A DNA stretch of 64,000 nucleotides from Candidatus Multivoradales bacterium (GTDB lineage Bacteria; Acidobacteriota; Thermoanaerobaculia; Multivoradales; J023). The translations under genes and the position numbers were made by a program. Positions 29,643 through 40,500 of the stretch are shown one piece after another. Within the stretch, counting starts at the first letter, position 1; each line of letters opens with the position of its first letter. The stretch lies in NCBI GenBank assembly GCA_965248925.1, contig CBDFLE010000005.1:1216001-1280000 (forward strand), read 5' to 3'. The notes below the pieces were generated by a model. It was not told where the DNA came from and made no database searches. It worked only from the letters and a program-made list of their open reading frames with translations.

Positions 29643-29957
29643 ATGTCGGCCATGTCCAACCACGATCTTGTTTTGGCACTCCAGGAGACAAGTTCTCTAC
29701 TGCGGAGCGTAGACGCACCCTCTTGGGCCGACAAGATCGATCAGATACTTGAAGCATGCGACCATGAACCCTCCTCTTGGACAGCCAAGAAACTCCTCTC
29801 ATGGTACGGCAGCATGGGGTCCTTCGCTGATCTCCTGATATCCGCTGTCAACGGCCACAACCTTGAGGAGAAGGACGAAGTAGCGCTAAACGATCGCCTT
29901 GACGATCTACGGGAACTCATCTTCGAGAAAGCAAGCCAGTTGGCTCGTGAGCAATAA
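29643..29957 (+). CDS. Putative immunity protein (DUF6966-like)
   Basis: Starts 2 nt after the toxin stop; small helical protein with YGSMGSFADL motif. Confidence 0.75.
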   Translation: MSAMSNHDLVLALQETSSLLRSVDAPSWADKIDQILEACDHEPSSWTAKKLLSWYGSMGSFADLLISAVNGHNLEEKDEVALNDRLDDLRELIFEKASQLAREQ

Positions 29958-29997
29958 ATCCAAACCCTACCCAAGTAGGTGCAGGCCGTTTCGTAGC

Positions 29998-30020
29998 AGC
30001 CCGGCTTTGGTCGGGCTTTT
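29998..30020 (+). terminator. Rho-independent terminator
   Basis: AGCCCGGC-TTTG-GTCGGGCT-TTT hairpin between the convergent immunity and XRE genes. Confidence 0.7.
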
Positions 30021-30032
30021 GTGTGTCCGGTC

Positions 30033-30365
30033 TCAGATCTCAGCGCCACGTAGGAAGGTGTCGATGGTTCTGAGAAGTGTGTCTTGCTGGTGCGGCGGCA
30101 ATTTTTCAATGCGCTGGACGCGCCGCAGCACTTTGCGACTGGGGATAGGCGTAGCATTGTTGGCTTCGATGCCGTCGATTCCGAGCATCTGATCAGTGGA
30201 GATGCCAAGGGCGAGGGCGATCCGTGCAGCCATCTCTGCAGAGACTCTTAGCTTGCCGCGCTCATAGTCGGAGACGAGGGCTTGAATGATACCGACGTTG
30301 TTGGCCAACTCGGTTTGGGTGAGCCCCCTCTTGCGCCTGAAAGTGGCAATCCTGTCTGCGAATTG
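30033..30365 (-). pseudogene. XRE-family HTH regulator, 5'-truncated
   Basis: FADRIATFRRKRGLTQTELANNVGIIQALVSDYERGKLRVSAEMAARIALALGISTDQMLG; no in-frame start codon upstream of the first helix. Confidence 0.8.
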
Positions 30366-30386
30366 GCTGGCACCTCGAAGAGTTCC

Positions 30387-31509
30387 GGTCGCCGGTGAGC
30401 ATTGGTACCGGCGTGAGCAAGATCCCCTGCCGGCCGAGGGTGCCGCTTACTTCGCCGCTGGCCAGGCCGAGACAGCCGAACTGTCCCAGGTGGTCGACCT
30501 CAGCGGCTACAGCGAAGCGATCGCCCGCGGCGAGCTGCTGCTGGCCTTCTCCCTCCACCTGCGGACCGCCGAGGAGCAGCCTTCGGACACCGCGCGAGTG
30601 GTGGTTGAGTACTTCGAGGAGGATGGGAATGTGCTGCGCGACAGCTTCGACAGCGGCGAGATCGTCAGTCCCTCAGAGTGGCTGCGGGTAGAGGATCTAC
30701 GCTTGGTGCCGGTCGGCACCGACCGAGTGCGGGTGCGACTGCTCAGCAACCGCCTGGAGGGCGACACCAGCGATGGCTACTTCGACGCCCTTTCCCTGCG
30801 GGTCATCCGCCAACCGGTGGTCGAGATCGACGACCTACGGATCGCCGAAGGCCACAGTGCCAGCGCGGTCGGCGAGCTGTCCGTCCGGCTGAGCTGCGCG
30901 ATCGATCGTCCGCTGAGCATCACTTGGGAAACCGTCGATGGCACAGCGACGAGCGGCGTCGACTACATCGAAGCCCGCGGCGCCCTGGAGCTGGCCAGTG
31001 GTACCGTCGGGGGTGTGATCGAGGTAGAGATTCTTGGCGATACGGAGCACGAGCTGCACGAGGACTTCTTCGTCGAGCTGCGGGAGATCGAGCCCGCTGG
31101 GCTGGCGATAGCGCCCCAGCCGCGGGGCCGGGTGAGCATCCTCAACGATGATTTCTGCGCTCGCTCGCCAGGCTATTGGCAGCACCACAGCGACCTCTGG
31201 CCATTGTCGGAGTTGGCGTTGGGCGACCAGCAGATCGATCAGAGCGGCACTCTGGCGCTGCTGCAATATGGCGGCTCGGACGCCGCCAGCAAGCTCGCTC
31301 GCCAGTTGATTACCACTGAGTTGAATCTGGCCGTGGGCTCCGATCCGCTAGACATCTTGGCAACCGTCGAAGCCGCCCATGCCTTCCTTGCAGACTGGCC
31401 GCCAGGCAGCCGCCCCAGAGGCCCAGACCGAGCCGAGGCCAACCGGCTAAAAGACATCCTCGACGCCTACAACAATCCCGGCTGCACGCCGGTTGCGGTG
31501 CTCCCATGA
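30387..31509 (+). pseudogene. 3' fragment of a large surface protein (galactose-binding-like domain, Calx-beta domain, C-terminal PGYW module), coupled to toxin 2
   Basis: YFAAG...AELSQVVDLS...DGYFDALSL; IDDLRIAEG...WETVDGTATSGVDY...ILGDTEHELHEDFFVEL...VSILNDD (Calx-beta); stop overlaps the ATG of the next gene (ATGA). Confidence 0.75.
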
Positions 31510-34500
31510 ACTGCCCAACAACGCGGCCTCGCTTTGCTCGCAGCTTTCGGCGCTGGCTGACCAGCGCTGGAATTCTCCTGCTTGCCAGCGCCGTGCTTGC
31601 GACCGAGCCGCCTGCTGAGACTTCGCGCACCGCGCTAGAGACACGAATCCTCGACCAGCTAGCTCGCGGCCGGTCGATCGAGGGGCCGCTGGCGAGCTGG
31701 CGTTCGACCCGTCCAGTCTCGACCGAGGAATCGCCCACAAAGACTGCGCCTACCAGCCTCAACGAAGCGCTGGTAGAGCTGCGCCAGGCCCTACCCTCGA
31801 AGGCTAAGAGCCGCCTTGACACCTCTGCCCTTACTGCCGCCTGGGAGAGCTTCCAAGCCTGGGACCTGCTGCAAGGCGACCGCTTCGAACGCACCGCCGC
31901 CCGCCTCGATGCGGCCGGCCTCAGCGGCGAGCCCAGAGCTCGTCTAGAGCAGGTCCGCGGCGATTGGCAAGAGTTCCACGACCGCCTGAAGACCCTGCTC
32001 GCTGAGCCCTTGGCCAGTCTCCGAACGGCACAGAGAACCGAGCAGCCGGCTCTCGCGCCGGCCCTCAATGCGGCCGCCAAAGCCGCCGCCGAGCTGCTCG
32101 ACACTTACCCGGCCACCCTTGACCGCCCAGTGCTGCGGGCCACCAGCTTGCCCTATCGCCAGCTGCGCCTGCCGGCCCGTCTGCCAGTCACTGAACCGGC
32201 GATCGTGCCGAGCTATCTCGATCTCGCCGATCCCGGCTCCACACCTGCCGACTTGGAGCCCAGCGGCGCCGCGCCGCTAGCTGATGAGATTCTCTTGCAG
32301 GCTGAAGAGCTGGGCTACGACTATGTGGCGATCTACGAGTTCGTTCGCCACCAGATCGCCACCGAGTGGTACGCCGGCAGCATGAAAGGCGCGCTCGGCA
32401 CTCTACGCCAGGGAGCCGGCAACGATGCCGACCAGGCGAGTCTGCTGATCGCCCTCTACCGCGCCAGCGGAGCGGCAGCGCGCTACGTCGGCGGGGTGAT
32501 CGAATTGCCGCTGCCCTGGCTCAACACCCAGCTGGGCCTTGACGACGGCACTGCGGTGGCCGACTACTTGGCTCGCGCTGGTATTGCCCACCGGCCAGTG
32601 ATTCGCGGCGGTCGTATCGCCGCCTTCGAAGTCGAGCACACCTGGGTCAGCGCTCACGTTCCTTACAGCAATTACCGTGGCTCGGTGGTCGACTTCTCAG
32701 GCCGTAGCTGGATCCCGCTGACGCCGGCTCTGGAACCGGTCGAGAGACAGCCGTCCACCGAGGTGCTGGCGGCGATGGGCTTCACGGCCAACGATTTCGT
32801 CACCGAGATGCTGAGCGCGGCCCAGCTCGAGACCCCGCTGAGCTTGCTGCGCCAGCGAGTCGAGCAATACCTGCTGGACACCGATGGCGGCACCTACGCC
32901 GAGCAACTCGGCTCGGTGACCTCTACCGGCCAACCCCTCGGCCTGCTGCCCAACGGCTTCTATCATCCAGTTCTGGCGGTAACCTTCGAAGACTCCGAGC
33001 TACCGGCGAGCGCCCGCCACCGGCTGCGATTGATCGCCCGCGGCGAGACCACGGCAGGCTCGCCAGCCATCCTCGATCACCAGCTCGACCTACACCAAGC
33101 TCTCGGTCGACGTCTGACTCTGTCCTACGCCCCGGCAACCTCCGACGATCACCTGATTATCAACCTCTGGGGCGGCCTGGCAGAAGTGCCACCCTTCTTG
33201 GTGCGGCTGCGGCCCCAGCTCTATATCGACGGCCGCCGTATCGCCGTCGGCGAGCCGGTGGACGCCGCCAAGCTGCATCGGTTCGAAGCAGTAGTCGAAG
33301 GGCCGTTTGGCAGCCAAGAGATCAGCCAGATCGTCCTATCAGGCGCCTATCACGCCATCGCTGTGGGCGGTCAGCACTTCCAAGCCGTCGAGCTGGCGGA
33401 CAACGACCCAGGCGACGGCGAGCAGCTCGCCGCCCGCCTGCTGAGCGGCCTCGCCTACAGCTATGGTGCCGATTGGGACGCCGCTGAGACCGAGATTGGC
33501 GGCCTCTTAGCCGTGAGCCCGGCACGGCCGCTGCCGGCGCTGGTCATCGCCAGCAACTCCTTGCGCGCCGAATTACTGCTGGGAGTGCCGCAGCGGTTGA
33601 TCTGGGAAGGCGTCACCCTCGACGCCGCGCTGCGCGTCGCTGAACCCGCAGCTCGTGACGGCTCCACCGAAACCGCCGCCGACTGGATGCGCCTGGCGGC
33701 GCTCGAAGGCTCGGCGCTGGAGCAGGCGATTTTCGAAGGACAATTCCAGGTCGCGGCAATCTCGGCCGACAGGGGCCTGGCCCTGGCCCGCGACTCGGGC
33801 ATCGAGGTGCTACGCCTCGACGCTGGCAATCTGACCGCCGAGCTGCCCAGCCTGAACCACCCTCAAACCGTGCGTGACGACGTGGTCGCCCTCATCGCCC
33901 AAGGGCTGACGGTCGAGATCCCCCGCCAGCCGATCTCCGTCAGTGCCTGGACCGGATCGACATGGCGAGCCGAAGATCCAGAGAGCGGCACGGCCGGCTA
34001 CTTCCTCTCCGGCGGCCTGGCCGGTGGCGCCACCGTCGAGGCGCCTGAGAACTGGCTGCTGGGCTTCCTCGCCGATGCCCTGGCCGCGCCCATGTCAGAC
34101 TCCCCCAACACCGATCCTCTCGCTGGCGTCGAGCTACTCGTCGCCGAGGGTACTGACAGCCAGCTCGGCACCGTCGACAGGGTCTATCGTCACCCTCTGG
34201 CGGTGCGCGTGCTCGACGCGGCCGGCCGACCGGTCCAGGGCACCGAAGTCACCTTCTACATCTGGGCTGGCGACGGCCGGCTGCTCGACACCCAGAACCA
34301 AGAATCCACCAGCCTCACCCTACGCAGCGACGCCCGTGGAATGGCCCGCGTCAAGTTACGTTCAGGAAAGCACACCGCGGCTAACCCCCTCTTCCTTCGT
34401 CGCTTCGACAGCGACATCTTCCAAACCCGAGTGCTGGAGAACGTGGTCGAGGCGGTGGCCAGCTCCAGACTCGGCAATCTGGTGCTGCGCCAGCCGATTT

Positions 34501-37500
34501 CCTCGGTCGCCTTCCCCCAGGATCCGGCGGCTCTGCGCCGCACCAACCGCGACGACAACCAGGGCACCGACCTCACCGTGCTGCACGGCCTGTGGCAAGA
34601 CACCCTGGCGATCGCCGTCGAGGATCCGCACGGCAACCCAGTGGCCAATCAAGACGTGGCTTTCACCAACACCGTCTTCGTCGCCCCTGGCATCACCTGC
34701 ACCAACGCTCCGCCGGACCCCACCCCAGGTGCCTTCTTCGACGCCTCAATCGACTCGATCACCGGTGGCTTCACCGGCTGCCCGGTCACTACGCCCCGTT
34801 TCGGCGATTGCGGCAGCTCCGATTTGACCCTGAGAACGACCTCCTCGGGTCAGGTCTCGGCCGGTTTCATCGCCGGCCCCAGCGCCATTACCAGCTACCC
34901 GGCAACCGTCAGTTCAGCCGCCTTGCCACCGCTGTCTTACGAGTACAGCATTTCCTTCATCAACAACACGGGCCTCAACCACGACCACTGCGGGCCGCTG
35001 GCACAGCGCTTCGTGCGCACTTTCGGGTTCTTCGCCGACGCCGCCGGCCAGCCCAGCTCGGCAGTGCGAGCCGGCCAGGTCTACGACCCACCGGTCGGAC
35101 TCGAGGCCCTCGAATGGGTGCCCGAGTGCCAGGGGATAGGGATCGCCGACCCCAGCCCAGGGGGACCGCTGTTCTTCCTGGTCTGCAACGAGCTACGAGG
35201 CGAGTGGCGACCCGCCTATTTCTACCAAGACAACACTCACCCGCTGGCGGTTGAACTGCTGCCCGCCGGCACCACCACGCCGCCACAGATCGACAACCTC
35301 CTCGGCCGCCTCGAGAGCCGGCTGCAAGCCGGCCTCGACCCAGCCTTGCACACTGCTCGGGTGTTGCTACCGGTGCTGCCCAAGAGTCCCTACCTCGACG
35401 ACTTCAATGGCGAAGTCACTGTGCTCGAAACCCCCGAGGACTACCTCGCCGTCGGCCTGCTCGACATTGCCCTCGGACTGATCGCCAACATCGACCAAGA
35501 AATCGGCAGTCTGTGGGGGGTGCAAGCTCAGATCACCAGCTTCGAACCGCCTGTCGTGCCCCTCGACGACGACGGCCTCGCAGCTGAGCCGGTCGCGGTG
35601 AGCTACCAGATCGCGCCGGCCGAGTATCAGCCCACTAGTGCTTTCGTCGAGCTGCTGCGCGACGGCCAACAGGTCGACCTCTTGCGCGGCCAGAGCATCG
35701 CTGGAGAAGGTCTCGCCGAGCTGCCCCGCGGCCTTGAGCTGGGCCTCGACGGTCTGTGGCAGGCCGAGCTGGTGCTCAATCTCGACACTCCGATCGAAGT
35801 ACGCGGCGACCCCGTGCCGGTGCCCCTAGGGCAGCAGCTCTTCGCCGACTACAGCCGCGCCTTGGCGGTGCGCCAGGATGTCGACCTGCTCAACCAGCGA
35901 CGCTGCGCCCAGCCGACCCTCTTCAGCTTTGAGCTCAACCGCCCGGCCGAGGTCACCCTGATCGCCCGCCGGATCGAGAGCGTCGAGACCGACGGCAGCC
36001 TCAACACCGCCGCCGCCATCACCCTGATCGAAGCCGAGATGTTTGCCGACGGCGAGCACGGCGAGCCGATCAGCCCCACCGACCTGCCCCCCGGCGACTA
36101 CCTGATCGAGCTGCGCGGCATCGACGCGGTGGATGGCTACGAGGAGGTCCGCGAGGTCCGGCTGAGTTCCGATTGGGACATCTCCGAAATACTGCCCATC
36201 GGCCATACCTTGGTCCACGGTGTCGACCTTTTCGATGGCCACCTCACCATCAGTAGAACCGATCTCGAAATCCCCGGCCGCGGCATCGGCCTGGCGCTGC
36301 GGCGCACCTATTCGAGCCTGGCGGTGTCGAGCGGCGGCCCCTTCGGCCTGGGCTGGAACCATCGCTACCAGTCGCGAGTCGTGATCACCCCCTGCGGCGA
36401 GGCCATCTTGATCGGCGGCGAGGGCTCGGGCCTGCGTTTCGTCGACGATGGCCAGGGCGGACTACGCCCGCTGCGCGGCTCTCACGGCACCCTGCGGGCC
36501 GACCCGGCTGACGGCGGCTTCGACTTCTTCACCACCTCCGGCAACCGCTTCCACTATCTCTTCTCGGAAGACAGCACCTGGCATTTGGCCTGGACCGAAG
36601 ACCCCAACGGCAACCGCACCACCCTCACCTACATCGCCGGCGCCGATGGCCCCCTGCTGCGTCAAGTCACCGACTCCAGCGGCCGAGCCCTGGTTTTCGA
36701 CTACCGCCAGGCCAGATTTGCTGCCTGGGATGGACCGGTGATCGAGCACATCACCGGCCCTGGCGGCCTGGCGATGAGCTTCGATTACGACCGTTTCGGT
36801 AACCTGATCACCGCCCAGCGCGACAACCAGAGTCGCATCGAGCGCTACACCTACCAGACCCAGCCCAACGCCGGCCTGGAGCTGCGGCCGGTGATGACCT
36901 CGACGACCAATGGTCTCTCAGGCGCCAGCACCCATTACACCTGGCAGAGCGGCGCCGTGGCCATCGAAGCCGGGCTGGCGATCGATGCTCTGCTGGTGGA
37001 CTCGATCACCCACCCCGAGGGCGGCGTCACCACCTTCGACTTCGATCAACAGCTGCTCGGCAACGCCGCCACGCTAGAGCTAGAGACCACCGTCACCGAT
37101 CGCCGCCAGCGGGCCACCACTTACCGCCTCAACCGCTACGGCAGCCCGGTGGTGATCGCCGACCCCCTCGGCCACACCACCCGCAAGACCTGGACCCCCG
37201 ACGACGTGCTGATGCTCAGCCGCACCGACCAGAATGGGGTCGTCACTAGCTTCGAGTACGACCAGCACGGCAACCGGACCACCGAGCGCGTCCAAGTCAC
37301 CGACGAGACCGGCACCCTGGTCACCCGCGAGCGCCTGAGCACTTACTTTTCGCCCTCAGCCTTTATCGCAGAAGGCATCAAAAACCACCTCAAGAGCCAC
37401 ACCGACGGCCGTGGCCACACCACCCAATTTGAGTACGACGCCCAGGGCAATCTGACCCGCCAACACATCACCGTCATCGATGCCGAGGGCGCCGCCTCCA

Positions 37501-40500
37501 CCGTCGAGAGCCGCCACACCTACTACTCAAACGGCGACCGCCGCACCACCACCGATGCTCGCAGCCACGCCAGCACCTTCACTTGGGACACTTTCGGCAA
37601 CCCGGCCACCGTGCGCGACCGCGAAAACGGCCTGACCACCTTCGCCTTCGATTCACGAGGCCGCCAGCTCAGTCAGACCGACCCCAACAGCCACACCACC
37701 CGGCTGGCCTACGACGACCTAGACCGCCTGATCCTGCGCACCCTCGCCGACGGCAGCGTAGAGCAGATCCAGCACGACGACATCGCCCGCACCCGCACCC
37801 AGATCGATCCCCGTGGCCACGCCACCCGGACCAGCTTCGATCTAGAAGGCCGGCCCATCGAGATCGTCAACGCCGAGGGCGGTCAGCAGCAGATGGAGTA
37901 CGACCCAGAAGGCAACCTAACGCTAGAGAGCACCGTCTTCGACGCCACCACCCTCCGCCACAACACCCTGCTGGTTTACGACGACGCCGGCCGCCTGATC
38001 CGTCGCGAACAGCCCGAGGGCCGCACCACAGACCGAGAACTAGACCCAGCCGGCAACGTCCTGCGCCAGACCCTCGCCGACCGCGGCGACCCGAGCTTCA
38101 CCCCCCGCGTCACCGAGACCGACTACGACCGGCTCAACCGCCCCATCGAGACCCGACGCCTGCTCGACGCCGGCTTCATCGCCGGCCAGATCGCCTTCGA
38201 TCTGGAAAACAACCCCGTCCACAGCACCGACCCTCTCGGCCGAGTGACGACGATCACATTCGACGCCCTCGACCGCGAGATCGAGCGCACCGAGCCCGAG
38301 TGGAAAGCCGGCACCCCGAGAGTCAGTCAACGTTTCTGGGACGGCAACGGCAACCTGATCAAGACGGTGCTTTTCAACGAGCCCGAAAACCAGATCCGCG
38401 AGACCACCTACGATCGCCTCAACCGCCCGATCCGCCAGCTCGACGCCACCGGCGAGCTGCGGACGATGGAATACGACCCGGCAGGAAATCTGACTGTCAA
38501 GATCGACCGCCGCGGCCACCGCACCGAGCACCAATACGACGAACGCAACCGCCGCATCAAAACCACCGTCAAGCTCGCCGCTGGCAACGCCATCACCGAA
38601 TTCACCTTCGATCCCTCTAGCAACCTGATCGAGCAGCTCCAGCCCAACCAGAACCGCATCACCCACACCTACGACCCGCTCAATCGCCGTCTGACTAGCA
38701 ACGACCGCGAAGGCCAGCTCAGCCAGACCGGCTACGACGCTCGCAGCGTCCCCATCCGCCAAGAAGACGCCAACGGCAATGTCACCCTCAGCCAGTTCGA
38801 CGGCCTCGGCCGCATGATCCGCCAGGATCTGCCCGAAGACCGCACCGTCCTACAAACCTACGATGTAGCCGGCAACCGCCTAGCCACCACTAACCCCCGC
38901 GGCCACGCCACCACCGCCCGCTTCGACACCCTCGACCGGCAGACCGAAGAACTCTCGTCAGCCCCCTTCAACTACCTGCGACAGATGACCTGGGACGACT
39001 CCGGCAACCTGCTCTCAGAAACTGACCGTCGAGGCAACACCACCGAGTTCACCTACGACGACCTCAACCGCCGCATCACTCGGCTAGAGCCGCCCGTACT
39101 AGTCGACGGCTCCGAAATCCGCTATCAGACCACCTGGACCCACGATGCCGCCGGCAACCAGCTCACCGAGATCGACCCCCGAGGCGTCCTCACCGAGGAC
39201 CGCTGGGACGCCGAGAACCGCCGCACCGACACCCTGCGCGCCAACCTGCTCATCGAGCAGGTTGAGTTTGATGCCGCCGGCAACCGCGCCAAAGTCTGGG
39301 ACGCCAACCGCAACCTCAGCCAATTCGACTACGAAGAACGCCAGCTGCTGAGCACCGAGCGCCGGCCTCTCGGCGCCACCACCACCTTCACCCGCGACAG
39401 CATGGGCGACGTGGTCCGCCGAGTCGACCCGGCCGGCAGCATCACCGAATCCACCTTCGACTTCCGCCGCCGCCAGCTCACCAACACCCGCTTCGGCGAG
39501 GGTAACCGCTCCGAAACCACCACTTTTCCCTACGATTTCCAAGGCAACCGCATCGGCAAATTGCGCCCCGAGGGCAACGCCTGGACCTACCGCTTCGACG
39601 ATGCCCACCGCCTCACAGAAGTGGAAGACCCCGATGGCGACATCACCACCTACCAGCTCGATCAAAACGGTAACCTCATCACCCAGATCGACGCCGCCGG
39701 CCAGCCCACCACTTTCAGCTGGGACGAGCTAGACCGCCGCACCTCAATTACCCGAGCCGATGGTGCCACCGAGACCTTCACCTTCGATGAAAGCAGCAAC
39801 CTCAAGCAACACCGAGACGCCAAAAACCAAATCTTCACCCGTACCTACGACTCTCTCAATCGGGAAATAGCCCTTCAGTACCCCGAAGATCCCACCACCG
39901 ACGACGACCTCGAGCAGATCACCACCACCTGGGACGCCAACGGCAACCGCCTCCGAACCGCCGAGAACTTCGCCCAGAGCGGCATCCTCACCACCACCCA
40001 GACCTGGGACGAATTCGATCGCCTGGCCACCCGAACCGACCGCTGGGGCAACACCCTCACCCATGGCTACGATTTCAACGGAAATCGCCGACTACTCATC
40101 GACCCCGCCGGCATCCCGACCACCTCCACCTTCGACGCCCTCAACCGAGTCGACGCCGTTGGCACTCCCGGTGGAGCCACCACCTACCAATATCTAGCGA
40201 ACGGCCTGCTCAGCCAGATCGACTACCCTAGCGGCACCACCAGCACCTGGGAATACGATCCAGCCAACCGCATCAAAACCATCGATCACCGCCAAGTCAC
40301 CGACCTGATTTCCAGCTTCCAATATCAGTACGATCGCAACTCCAACCGCACTAAGCAGATCGAAACCCACACCGGCCAGCCCGCCGCGACCACCACTTAT
40401 GCCTTCGATCTCGCCGATCGGCTGTCTGTATTCACCTACCCCGAGAAAACAGTCGCCACGACCTACGATGCCGTCGGCAATCGCACTACAGAAGTGGCTG

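Noticed and set aside
30286-30386. ORF-track start of the 407-aa protein
   Set aside because: These codons are the antisense of the XRE gene; protein-like sequence only begins near 30387
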